From the IMG/VR virus record IMGVR_UViG_3300019458_000032, positions 1 through 64,000 of that record: a DNA stretch of 64,000 nt; one strand, 5' to 3'. This DNA is from a virus. A program made the translations under genes and the position numbers. How positions within the stretch are numbered: position 1 is the stretch's first letter; every line of letters starts with the position of its first letter. The notes beneath the pieces are model-generated. The model was not told the origin of the DNA. It was given only the letters and a program-made list of their open reading frames with translations, and made no database searches. Below, piece by piece: positions 47,715 to 57,019 of this stretch.

Positions 47715-50700
47715 TTAATTATTAACTTTTGTTATTCTAAAATAATTTCTAGCATCATCAGCATAACCACCACCTGTTCCAAAATGTGGTCTAATTATGT
47801 CGCCTCTAAATAATTCTAATGTTATAGATGTAGAATCTGGATTAGCTGCCCCTTGTGGAGTAGTTAATGCAATTCTATCAGTTCTTGTAATTGTCGCAAT
47901 GCTAGTTGTTAACTGTGAAGAATTCCTACTTAGACCTATATAATTGGCACCAGAAGTTACTTCATCTGTTACTGTTATAAAATATAATCCATCTTCATTA
48001 ATAGAGAAAGATGCACCTAATGTTGCAGAATCTGCGTATGTAATAGCGGTTCCGGTGTTTTTATTAATATTTGTATATCTACGAATAACATCGTTCGTTG
48101 ATCCAAAACCATTACCTGTATCTAACCATACTTCACTACGATTTGATGAGCTTTGAACAGGTACAATAGATTCTGAAACTATAATATCAAAATAACCATC
48201 TCCAATTCCACCCGTTGCATCATTTTCTCCAATAGAACGACTGGTATTGGTTGCTAAGTCATTACTACCAGCATTAATAGTTAAAACTCCGGTTGTGGGA
48301 TCATAGGACCAAACTGTACCAGATGAGCTAGTTGAAGAAATAATTCTTAAATCTGTATATACTAACCCAGTTCTTCCTGAATTAGAATAAAATTGCATAG
48401 AATATTGTTTATTTTTACCAATAAAAATATCCCATAAAGATATTAATCCAGAAGTTTGTGCTGAAGTATAGTCAGCCGCATGTAATCTAATACCATTATC
48501 ACTAGATGGAAGAGTTGTTGGAACTTGATCACTAAATGTATTACTTGTTGCAGTATCTTTTGAACGAGAACGATATTCACCTAAAACTGTTGGAGTTGTT
48601 GTAACTCTAGTTCCATTGGCAATTATATTAGAAATTCTAAAAGTACTAGAATTGGAATTTAAAACATTTGTTGACCAGCCAGAAATCGGAACAATTGCTT
48701 CAAATGAATAACTTGTATCAGTATTAGCAATACTAATATTGCTACTACCAATTAAATCTGCATTTGCTGAAGAAAATCCACCAACAATTGCTAAATTTGT
48801 TGTATTGTAAATTTTTACATAACCCCATTCTTCTGCACCGGAGGTCCAAGCAGAAGCGGCTCCTACAACATTTTGAGAACCAGTCGTTGAAATATCTATC
48901 TTTGTTGTATCAATTGAATACCCCGAAGGAAGTGGAAATAAATAATCACCCGATCCACCAGAACCTGCGGAACTTTGTTCAAAATCAAAGCGAATGTGCA
49001 TATCGCTTCCAACACGTCTCCAATAAGCATTTTTTCTAACGATTGTACCAGGAGTTGGAGCAGTAGTTACTGCACCAATTGTTAAAGTATATGATTGCCA
49101 ATCAGACATTGCTGGACCAAAAGATACATCCTGAGGACCCACAAAAACATCATCAAATGAGAATGTTACTGCGGTTGTGGAAGTTGATGCGAAATGAAAT
49201 CCAAATCTAATTTGAGTACAATTGGCCGGAACATCAAAAGTCATTCTAAGAGTTGATGTATTAACAACGTCATTATTAAACGGGGTAATTACTTGAGAAT
49301 TTGTTACATCATATACAAAAGATTTTAAATCCCCTGCTACAAGACTACCTGAAATAATTTTTAGAGGAACTTCAATTGTTGTTGGTTTTCCTCTATATCC
49401 AAGAGGAATATTGGCAATACAAGAAGCGCCTTCACCTTGTTCGTTAGCGGCACCCTTTGTTACTTTTAACGAGCCAGAACCATCTAGAACTTCTCCACCA
49501 GTAGTTGTTCTAACTATTGTAATACTGGGACTTCCACCAGTCATATCAACCGGAGTAGATCCAGCAGCATCGGCGTAAACAATCCAATTTCCAATACTGG
49601 CTTCAGCATTAAAATTATCTTGATTTACGGGTTGGAAGGTTGTATCGAGAGTGATAAAATTAACTCCACCCCCACCGCCTGATCCAATTGGAATTAAAGT
49701 AGATCCATTATCAACATAAACTCTTTGTTGATCGGTTGCATATGCAATAACTGCTTCAACTCTAGTTAATGCATCTAATGCACTTTTTGTTCCTTTGGGG
49801 AGAATTAATTTTCTACCATCAGTCATTGTGCTAAAATCAATTGCTTTATTCGTCAATGTTTGAGGGTAATCATTACCAACAAGTGTTGTATTTCCATCGG
49901 GCAATGTAATACTTCTTGTTGTACCAACAGTAATTCCAGAAGCTAATAATCTAGCTTTTTTCGTAGGATCTGTTGTATTAACGATTAAATTATTTGTATC
50001 ATCTAATTCTTTATTTTGAACTCTATTGGCACCAGAGTCTGTAGAAATTCGAGTAAGAATTTGATCATTAAGATCGGGAACAGTTAATGTTCTAGTTGTT
50101 GCAGTTGTTATGTTAGCAACATCAAATTGTAATCTTTTTGTATTATCACCATTGTCAATAATGTATGTAGAATTATCAACAAGACTCTTATTGGTTAATG
50201 TCTGTGTACCAGTTTCTGTAACAGTTCCGCTAGCACCAGCAGGAACTGCCCATGTGCCATCTGCTTTTAAAAATTTCAATGCTGCCGCATCGCCAGAGGC
50301 TGGAGCTGGCACTAATCCTTTTGTTCCACCTGATCCAGAATCACCAACAAAATCATTTAATTCGGCAGTTAATTGTGTAGAAGTTAGATCCAGTGGATCG
50401 CCAGTTGAACCAGTATTATTACCTTTAAACGTATGTGCTGCCATATTGGCAAGCTTTGCGTTTGTAACAGCATCGTTTGCAATGGTTGCGGGAACTGATC
50501 CTGGACCAGTTGCTGTAACATCTCCAGTTAAAGCCGTAATAGCAGATCCAGATACGGCATCTATTTGAGCTTGAATTGGACTTGTAACACCAATTAAATA
50601 ACTAAGTTCTGTAGTTGATACGGCAGACGCTGTTAAAAACCCTGAACTATCAAATTGTGCAGCTTTACTTGCACTAGCTAGAATAAAATTTGAAGAGGTT

Positions 50701-50885
50701 GAAATTGTTTTGTTTGACATGGAAGCAGTGTGAGATTCTGTTAATACCGCCGATGAATCTGTTCCATTATGAAATAATACTTTACTTAGAACTGCGGAAA
50801 CTTGAATTTCACCTAGTTTATCTAGGCTCATTGTTGATTCAGGAACAACTCTTAAACCATGTAGATATTGAAATATATTAAGCAT
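47715..50885 (-). CDS. large fibre/spike-like structural protein
   Basis: Thr/Ser/Gly-rich; QTLTNK repeats, LTGDVT motif, carbohydrate-binding-like beta domain, C-terminal fibre-tip-like domains. Confidence 0.7.
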   Translation of the reverse strand: MLNIFQYLHGLRVVPESTMSLDKLGEIQVSAVLSKVLFHNGTDSSAVLTESHTASMSNKTISTSSNFILASASKAAQFDSSGFLTASAVSTTELSYLIGVTSPIQAQIDAVSGSAITALTGDVTATGPGSVPATIANDAVTNAKLANMAAHTFKGNNTGSTGDPLDLTSTQLTAELNDFVGDSGSGGTKGLVPAPASGDAAALKFLKADGTWAVPAGASGTVTETGTQTLTNKSLVDNSTYIIDNGDNTKRLQFDVANITTATTRTLTVPDLNDQILTRISTDSGANRVQNKELDDTNNLIVNTTDPTKKARLLASGITVGTTRSITLPDGNTTLVGNDYPQTLTNKAIDFSTMTDGRKLILPKGTKSALDALTRVEAVIAYATDQQRVYVDNGSTLIPIGSGGGGGVNFITLDTTFQPVNQDNFNAEASIGNWIVYADAAGSTPVDMTGGSPSITIVRTTTGGEVLDGSGSLKVTKGAANEQGEGASCIANIPLGYRGKPTTIEVPLKIISGSLVAGDLKSFVYDVTNSQVITPFNNDVVNTSTLRMTFDVPANCTQIRFGFHFASTSTTAVTFSFDDVFVGPQDVSFGPAMSDWQSYTLTIGAVTTAPTPGTIVRKNAYWRRVGSDMHIRFDFEQSSAGSGGSGDYLFPLPSGYSIDTTKIDISTTGSQNVVGAASAWTSGAEEWGYVKIYNTTNLAIVGGFSSANADLIGSSNISIANTDTSYSFEAIVPISGWSTNVLNSNSSTFRISNIIANGTRVTTTPTVLGEYRSRSKDTATSNTFSDQVPTTLPSSDNGIRLHAADYTSAQTSGLISLWDIFIGKNKQYSMQFYSNSGRTGLVYTDLRIISSTSSSGTVWSYDPTTGVLTINAGSNDLATNTSRSIGENDATGGIGDGYFDIIVSESIVPVQSSSNRSEVWLDTGNGFGSTNDVIRRYTNINKNTGTAITYADSATLGASFSINEDGLYFITVTDEVTSGANYIGLSRNSSQLTTSIATITRTDRIALTTPQGAANPDSTSITLELFRGDIIRPHFGTGGGYADDARNYFRITKVNN

Positions 50886-50893
50886 TTATTACC

Positions 50894-51385
50894 TTAACTT
50901 TGTAAAATAGATTGAGCGACAAATGTTAATTTTCCCGAATGACTAGAACCACTTAATGCGGTCGTTGAAAATCTAATTTGTCCAGCATCTGTAATATTAA
51001 ATGAAATTTTACTTTCACTATCACCTAATATTCTTTGAGCTAATTGCCATTTATTATTAACAGGACCATTGGGATTATATAGAATTAAGATTTCACCAGA
51101 TTCTTCAGATTGTTCCAATGTAGTTGTTCTAAAGACCGCATAACGTATAAAAGCCGATCTAACGGTCGATGTGGGGAAGGATAGAGCAGTTATATCAATA
51201 TTTGTTCCAGGATTGTAAGGATCGAGTATTAGAGCTTGTGGAGCCACATCAAATGCTCCTACCACAGCAGCTAATGCTGCTTCTACAGCTAAACCGAATT
51301 GAACCATGGCTTCTGCCCAATTAGGGGATTCAGCAGATTCTGGAAACTCTATTAAATTGCCTTGAATATTTATTTCGATAGACAT
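50894..51385 (-). CDS. structural protein (hypothetical)
   Basis: First gene after the late motif at 51414. Confidence 0.6.
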   Translation of the reverse strand: MSIEINIQGNLIEFPESAESPNWAEAMVQFGLAVEAALAAVVGAFDVAPQALILDPYNPGTNIDITALSFPTSTVRSAFIRYAVFRTTTLEQSEESGEILILYNPNGPVNNKWQLAQRILGDSESKISFNITDAGQIRFSTTALSGSSHSGKLTFVAQSILQS

Positions 51386-51413
51386 GAATATCCTATAAAG
51401 ATGGTATCTTACA

Positions 51414-51432
51414 TATAACAGTTGTTAAAATA
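51414..51432 (-). promoter_or_regulatory. putative late promoter motif
   Basis: TATTTTAACAACTGTTATA, identical to 40982-41000. Confidence 0.7.
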
Positions 51433-51468
51433 AGGCTAATTTAACAGAAAGAAAGTTTAATGTTATAA

Positions 51469-52074
51469 CTATTGAATTTTATTGGATTTTTTCATCTTTA
51501 TAACATGGGTATCTTTTATAGATTTGATATCGTGTTCTGCAATTAAAAGAGGTCTTAAGTTAGTATAATGACAAAGTTTATAAAAATCCTCTTCTATATC
51601 AGATTTACCCAAAGGTATAATATGGTCTATTTCCCAATAGAGAGCATAGTTTTCCCAAGTCATTCCGGGTTCAAATCTCTGTTCTATATACGTTTTAAGT
51701 TCTTCATATGTACATCCTAGATATTGTTCAGTTTTATTGGTTTTATTCCATCTTTTAGATTTTAAAGCTCTATTAATTCGACTTCTCATACACTTTTTAA
51801 GACGAAATAATTCATCGTTATAATATCTAAATTTATCTCTTTTTCTGCTAGAATCTCTAGCTTTTTCAGATCTTTTATATTCTAATTGTCTTTTTTTAAC
51901 TTCTGGACGTTGGCGATATTCTCTGCCGTACTCTTTGTTTTTTCCTAATCTATTAGAATTAATACATTTATTACAAGTTCCACGTCTATATACTTTATCT
52001 TTATAATAAGCACATTTTTGAAATTCTTCTATTTCTTTAGTAAGTTTACATGTTTTACATTTTTTTAATATCAT
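51469..52074 (-). CDS. HNH homing endonuclease
   Basis: KKCKTC..., C.KC, YLGCT.EEL..YIE..F..GMTWENY..WEIDHIIP, CHYTNL.PL. Confidence 0.88.
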   Translation of the reverse strand: MILKKCKTCKLTKEIEEFQKCAYYKDKVYRRGTCNKCINSNRLGKNKEYGREYRQRPEVKKRQLEYKRSEKARDSSRKRDKFRYYNDELFRLKKCMRSRINRALKSKRWNKTNKTEQYLGCTYEELKTYIEQRFEPGMTWENYALYWEIDHIIPLGKSDIEEDFYKLCHYTNLRPLLIAEHDIKSIKDTHVIKMKKSNKIQ

Positions 52075-52080
52075 GATAAG

Positions 52081-52109
52081 ATTATAACATATATATTTTT
52101 AGAAATCAA
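52081..52109 (-). promoter_or_regulatory. sigma70-type promoter for the HNH gene (leaderless)
   Basis: TTGATT-17 nt-TATAAT with TG extension, 6 nt before the ATG. Confidence 0.65.
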
Positions 52110-52138
52110 GTTTCAAGAATTGCGCAAAATTTTTATGT

Positions 52139-52171
52139 AAAAAAAAAGGCCTGTTTAATTAAAAACAGGCC
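52139..52171 (-). terminator. intrinsic terminator after the major capsid gene
   Basis: GGCCTGTTT/AAACAGGCC 9-bp stem plus T run on the - strand. Confidence 0.85.
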
Positions 52172-52191
52172 CTTCTAAATACTCGTTTTTA

Positions 52192-53421
52192 TTAAGTATT
52201 AACAATTCCAGTTAAGATAACGTTGCGCCCAGGTGCAGCGCAGAACAAAGCTTGATCTGTGTACAGACGAAGCTCGTAAGCAGCGGCGTTCTCAGAATCT
52301 TTAAAGAACTGATCACCTTGACCAGGACGTTTAAAGGTAATGTCACTTGAACCTACTCTTGACCATTCACTAAGATCGAGCATATAGGCATAACCTTCTT
52401 TAACGTAAATGGAAGGTTGAATTTCAATCTCACCATTTTGCGAAAAGAATGTCAATGCACGAGAACCGTTTTTGGCTCTTTCTGTGCTATAGCTTGAATC
52501 ATATTGACGAAGAGCAGCTTGGTCGTTGTTAAGATTTGCCCATCCGCGAGGATTAACAAGCAATAACAATTTACCTTCTTGACCTTTTTCAACTGGGCGA
52601 GCAGCAGCAGAGATGATTTTAGCAAAGCTAAGAGCACCAGCAACTGAATAGCTGTTACCTTTGAAGATATTAAATGCGGCGACATCAATACCAAACAAAG
52701 AACCAGAAGATTGAGTCAAAATTTGATGAATACCAGGGAACTCATTTCCATAAGCTCCACCATGCCAAAGCACATCACCGGCAACGATGCCAGGAATAAC
52801 TGATTCGAGAGTAACAGTTTTAGCATCCAAATCAACTTGTTTAACTTTAGCTTCACCGCGAGAAACTGCACCAGAAGAATCTCTAACTTCTACAGGCATT
52901 TTTTCAGCACCAACCCAAATACCAGGAGCCCATTCGGCTGTAGTAATTGTGATTGTAGCACTTGAAGAAGAAGCAACTGTTGCATAGCCAACTTGACCAT
53001 AGAACATTTCAGCTTCCAATTTCTTTGTCATGGATCTAAGCATATTGCCTACAACATATTTTGTTGCATCCATGAAAGCTTGTTTACTACCTTGTGAACG
53101 ACTTACAGCGGCAATACCGATTAAGCCTCTCAAAAGAGCAGAATTACCTTTAATTGTGGCATCTTTAATAACGCCACTGATTGCAGGACGAAGATTAAAT
53201 GCATCTTCATCGCTTGAAGCAAAAGTAATACCATGCTCAAGACCAAGAACAACAGGTTGGTGGTAGCTATTACCAGGCTGTTTATCTTTCGACATAAAGT
53301 CGATCATATTTAAAACTTTAACACCATCAGGGATAAGTTCTTTTACCTTATCGGCATAGACTTCCTTGAATAGTGCATTCATATCGCCATATTTATTTGC
53401 GGCAGCAGTTGCAGAACTCAT
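52192..53421 (-). CDS. major capsid protein
   Basis: 409 aa; downstream of the scaffold, strong RBS, followed by a terminator; LFKEVY N-terminus and C...PG.N..LTGI C-terminus typical of HK97-fold capsids. Confidence 0.82.
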   Translation of the reverse strand: MSSATAAANKYGDMNALFKEVYADKVKELIPDGVKVLNMIDFMSKDKQPGNSYHQPVVLGLEHGITFASSDEDAFNLRPAISGVIKDATIKGNSALLRGLIGIAAVSRSQGSKQAFMDATKYVVGNMLRSMTKKLEAEMFYGQVGYATVASSSSATITITTAEWAPGIWVGAEKMPVEVRDSSGAVSRGEAKVKQVDLDAKTVTLESVIPGIVAGDVLWHGGAYGNEFPGIHQILTQSSGSLFGIDVAAFNIFKGNSYSVAGALSFAKIISAAARPVEKGQEGKLLLLVNPRGWANLNNDQAALRQYDSSYSTERAKNGSRALTFFSQNGEIEIQPSIYVKEGYAYMLDLSEWSRVGSSDITFKRPGQGDQFFKDSENAAAYELRLYTDQALFCAAPGRNVILTGIVNT

Positions 53422-53431
53422 ACATTACTCC

Positions 53432-53920
53432 TTATGCTTGTTCGTCAACAGCGTATTCAACTTCTAAACATAGGTTGTGTGTACCTGATGTTAGAGCAGC
53501 AGAGCTGTCAATGGTTAAAAGAATTTTATCTCCAATTGCATCTAAACCATCAGCATCACCCAACGAAACGTTGAATGTATTACCTGACTCAGATTGAGTT
53601 GTAGATTGGCGAGAACATGAAGCTCTCAAAACTTTTTTAACGGGTTCACTAATTTTCACTAAACAATTCATGATACCAGTTGCATCAGAGGGAGCATCTG
53701 TATAAGTAGGTGCTGTTTGACCAGGATCTAATGCGCCAGAGGCTTCTGAGATATCATCTTGACCAGTTCCTTCCAAACGTAAAAATAATACGGCTGGATC
53801 GTCTACTGATCTTGTTTTACTAGCAGGGGTAGCATTGCCGACAACTTGGAACTTCAATACAAGCCTTTGGGCTTTCAACTGAACGTTCTGTACGACGCTG
53901 CTTTGTGCATCATAAGACAT
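53432..53920 (-). CDS. capsid-associated (decoration/cement-like) protein
   Basis: Co-transcribed directly upstream of the MCP; beta-rich; function inferred. Confidence 0.5.
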   Translation of the reverse strand: MSYDAQSSVVQNVQLKAQRLVLKFQVVGNATPASKTRSVDDPAVLFLRLEGTGQDDISEASGALDPGQTAPTYTDAPSDATGIMNCLVKISEPVKKVLRASCSRQSTTQSESGNTFNVSLGDADGLDAIGDKILLTIDSSAALTSGTHNLCLEVEYAVDEQA

Positions 53921-54072
53921 TTTTTTTCTCCTAAATTAATTAAATTACACTTCTAAAACGTTACTTTTCGATAAGCAAAGTCATAAATGTGTCTATAATC
54001 TTTTTAAGATATCTACGCCCTATGAAAGGTAACGTGGAGTCCACTAAAGCAGACAATTATACTTTTCTATCA

Positions 54073-54090
54073 TATACAGTTGTTAAAATA
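54073..54090 (-). promoter_or_regulatory. putative late promoter motif of the capsid operon
   Basis: TATTTTAACAACTGTATA. Confidence 0.7.
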
Positions 54091-54142
54091 ATGCATTTTT
54101 TATGCCAAAATTTTTATTAATATATAACTATTTGATTTTATT

Positions 54143-54171
54143 AAAAAAAGGGCCAGCTTCATGGCCAGCCC
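54143..54171 (-). terminator. intrinsic terminator after the scaffold gene
   Basis: GGGCTGGC-CATGAA-GCTGGCCC-TTTTTTT on the - strand. Confidence 0.75.
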
Positions 54172-54230
54172 TCTAAACTCTACCACCTTCGCAAGTGATA
54201 GAGGTTGCACTCTAATAGTATTTTAAGCTA

Positions 54231-55247
54231 TTAGAAGCCGAAATACTTCTTATAATCAATTTTAGCAACTTCTTTGGGTTGAGCACTCTTTCCGCCAGCA
54301 TCTTTAATTGACGACGCGTGTGTAGGAGCTGGAGAAGCTTTAGCTTTAGCTACATGTTTCTTTCTCATACGATCAAAGAGTTCTTTTTTAAACATTTCCT
54401 CGATTACATCTTCAGGGGCAGAGTTGATAAATTCTCTAATTTCGGATTTAATATCTTCTCTAACCAATGGAAGAACATCATCGGGTGTAATATCGATATT
54501 ATTTTCAACACCTAACAATAGGTAATCACTCATCTTTTTAACAATATATGGAGTAGGTTTTTTAAATTCTGATTTCTCCAAAGCTTGAGTCATGAGATTA
54601 TCATATTTAATAATTTCATTCTGAAGAGCAGTTTCTTTGCGTTCTTTTTCTCTTTCAGCCGCTAATTTATCTTTTTCATCTTTAAGCGACTTAAGTTCTG
54701 CTTCCATTGCCTCTTTAGCTCTTTGCTCTGGACTCTTTTCCATATCAGCCAAACGTTTTTCGACATAGCCTTTAACCAAATCGTCTACGTTCATTCCTAA
54801 TCCACCCTCGGAATCGGCTAAAACTCCCAATGGATCGCTTGTAAGTCTTTGAATTAACTCAGAAACTTCTTTTTTGAGCTCAGAATATTCGGCCATTCTT
54901 TTTTGAGCAGCACGAGATAATTGAAGATGTTTTTTAACCTCTTCTTCATTATCCAAATCAAGTTCTAAATCTTCTTCTTTTTGATCAACCTTGATTTTAT
55001 ATTTTTTCTTATTAGCCTTTTTAGCTGCTTCTTTTTTCTTTTCTTCTTTTGAAGATTTCTCACTAGCAGCTTCTATGGACTCAGGTTGTTCATCTGAATT
55101 TTCTTCAGTCTTTTCAGCATCTTCAATATTTTCACTACCATCGGTAGATTCTGCTGTTTCTAATACTTCGGTATTTTCAGTATTAGTAGATTCAGCGGCA
55201 GGTGCTGAACTTTCTGGGGCAGGCGTTGAATTTGTTGCTTCGGACAT
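54231..55247 (-). CDS. capsid scaffolding protein
   Basis: Acidic disordered N-terminus, KYKIKVD..E motif, coiled coils, upstream of the MCP. Confidence 0.75.
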   Translation of the reverse strand: MSEATNSTPAPESSAPAAESTNTENTEVLETAESTDGSENIEDAEKTEENSDEQPESIEAASEKSSKEEKKKEAAKKANKKKYKIKVDQKEEDLELDLDNEEEVKKHLQLSRAAQKRMAEYSELKKEVSELIQRLTSDPLGVLADSEGGLGMNVDDLVKGYVEKRLADMEKSPEQRAKEAMEAELKSLKDEKDKLAAEREKERKETALQNEIIKYDNLMTQALEKSEFKKPTPYIVKKMSDYLLLGVENNIDITPDDVLPLVREDIKSEIREFINSAPEDVIEEMFKKELFDRMRKKHVAKAKASPAPTHASSIKDAGGKSAQPKEVAKIDYKKYFGF

Positions 55248-55335
55248 ACTATTTTCTCCTATTTACGCGCATTTAAGCGTGGTTAATAATAGAATCGTCT
55301 TCACCATGAAGATAGATTCTAAAGATAGTTGTTAA

Positions 55336-55890
55336 TTATTCATCTTTTAATGAATTCATATAAGCTTTTTTAATTTCTTCATCTAATTCTTCTGGAGTTG
55401 GTCTATTTGGATTTTGTAATAATTGTTGTGAATCTTCTTGAGGTGCCATTAAACTTCTTAAATTTCTATATTTTTGCACATAATTACTATCATCTAAAAT
55501 TTCTGGAGTAATTTGTTCAGGGTTTAAATTATGCCCTTTTAACCAACTATATGCAGCCTTTTCTTCATTTCCTTCTTGTTTTTCAAGTGAATGTTTAGCC
55601 AATTCTTCAGCTAAATGTTGTTCAATATTAGGATTTTTTTCTAAAGTTTGTTTTAATACATCTGGGGAAAGTTTATAAAGTTCTACCATTTCAGGTGTAA
55701 CCTCATTTTTTAATCTTTTTCGACTAATAATTTCTTTTACAGTATTAGGCATTAAACCGTAATTACCAATAGCTCTATCGCCTTTTTGAAGATTATCTAA
55801 AGTAATTTCTGGATGATTAAAATTCTTACCACCACTAGATTCAATTTGTTTTATTCTTTCCAAAAAATCTTTTATCTTTTTATCAGCCAT
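55336..55890 (-). CDS. lytic transglycosylase / lysozyme-like protein
   Basis: I.QIESSGG, A.G.YGLMP.T, A.YSW..G, YV.KY. Confidence 0.75.
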   Translation of the reverse strand: MADKKIKDFLERIKQIESSGGKNFNHPEITLDNLQKGDRAIGNYGLMPNTVKEIISRKRLKNEVTPEMVELYKLSPDVLKQTLEKNPNIEQHLAEELAKHSLEKQEGNEEKAAYSWLKGHNLNPEQITPEILDDSNYVQKYRNLRSLMAPQEDSQQLLQNPNRPTPEELDEEIKKAYMNSLKDE

Positions 55891-56019
55891 ACAATGGTTC
55901 CAATCATTAAAATATTCAAAAATAAAGATGAATAAAATAATCTTTTATATTTTTTTATGGTATAATTGTCCATAAAACTTCTTTTAATTTTAGGATGATT
56001 AGGATCTTGAAATATGATT

Positions 56020-56523
56020 TTACCCATTTTTATTCCTTAAATATTCAGATAATTTTTCATAAATTTCATGTGGTGGAGTAATTGCCAAGTCTATATTTAA
56101 ATCTGGAACAATATTTTCTTCAATTAGACATTTATATACTTCATCACACAAAAACGCGTTATCTTTAGCCCATTTATTCTTTTTAGGAAAAGGAATTTTA
56201 AAAACTTTTTTTAATAACCCTCTCCACGCGAAATAAAAAAATCCTGGATAATCATAATCTCGACTATCGTATTTATCAACAATTCTATCCCAAATTCTAT
56301 CCTCAATTTCAATTGGTAAATTAAGTTCAATTAAATGAACAATTTCAAAAGATTTTTGAGCATTTCTAAAAAATTTTGGATGTGTTCCCATTAAATTAGA
56401 TTCAAACATTAGTCCACCTGCTGGACTATTAAATACTAGAGCAAAATGACTACAATCGGTTTCTAAACCCCATCTAATTATATTACTCAATACTAAATTA
56501 CTTTTTGTCCAAATTAATTTCAT
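56020..56523 (-). CDS. permuted papain-like amidase (C92/YiiX-like)
   Basis: S.IIRW...SHFAL, ES, YDY, FLCDE (His before Cys). Confidence 0.7.
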   Translation of the reverse strand: MKLIWTKSNLVLSNIIRWGLETDCSHFALVFNSPAGGLMFESNLMGTHPKFFRNAQKSFEIVHLIELNLPIEIEDRIWDRIVDKYDSRDYDYPGFFYFAWRGLLKKVFKIPFPKKNKWAKDNAFLCDEVYKCLIEENIVPDLNIDLAITPPHEIYEKLSEYLRNKNG

Positions 56524-56834
56524 AAACTACTTAATATTTGTATTAAACGATTTTTAAATACTTGTTTTCTCTCTTCAGTTAAAAAGGGAGCCATTTCTGG
56601 TGTGATCTTTATTGATTCAACTGCTTTATATGTTTCCCAAAGAGAACCAGTTGAACCATAATACATTACATCTCTAACAGCATCTACAATTAATTTTGTC
56701 TTTCCGGCAGCAGTTATTTGATCGATTACGTTCTCTCCACCAAATTCATTTATTAAAACTTGAAATCCTTCTTGCGCTTTTTTTATTTTCGAAGCACCAA
56801 TTGCTATTAAATATGGTGGTACATTAATTGTCAT
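56520..56834 (-). CDS. hypothetical protein (fibre assembly-like)
   Basis: GSL motif; position after the fibre gene. Confidence 0.5.
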   Translation of the reverse strand: MTINVPPYLIAIGASKIKKAQEGFQVLINEFGGENVIDQITAAGKTKLIVDAVRDVMYYGSTGSLWETYKAVESIKITPEMAPFLTEERKQVFKNRLIQILSSL

Positions 56835-56836
56835 AA

Positions 56837-57019
56837 TTATTCAAACACCAAAAAGAATTTACCAGTATCAAAATTCTGTAAAGGAGTTAGGTTTTCTTCC
56901 GCCATGCCTTTTAACCAGTATTTATTTTCACCTACTTTAGAATCTTGAAAACGAATTCCATCGTATGTGTTCCCATCAATCCAATATTTTTGATCACCCT
57001 TGGGATCTACAGCACTCAT
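56837..57019 (-). CDS. small hypothetical protein
   Basis: Coupled to the 822 aa gene; KYW repeated twice. Confidence 0.5.
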   Translation of the reverse strand: MSAVDPKGDQKYWIDGNTYDGIRFQDSKVGENKYWLKGMAEENLTPLQNFDTGKFFLVFE

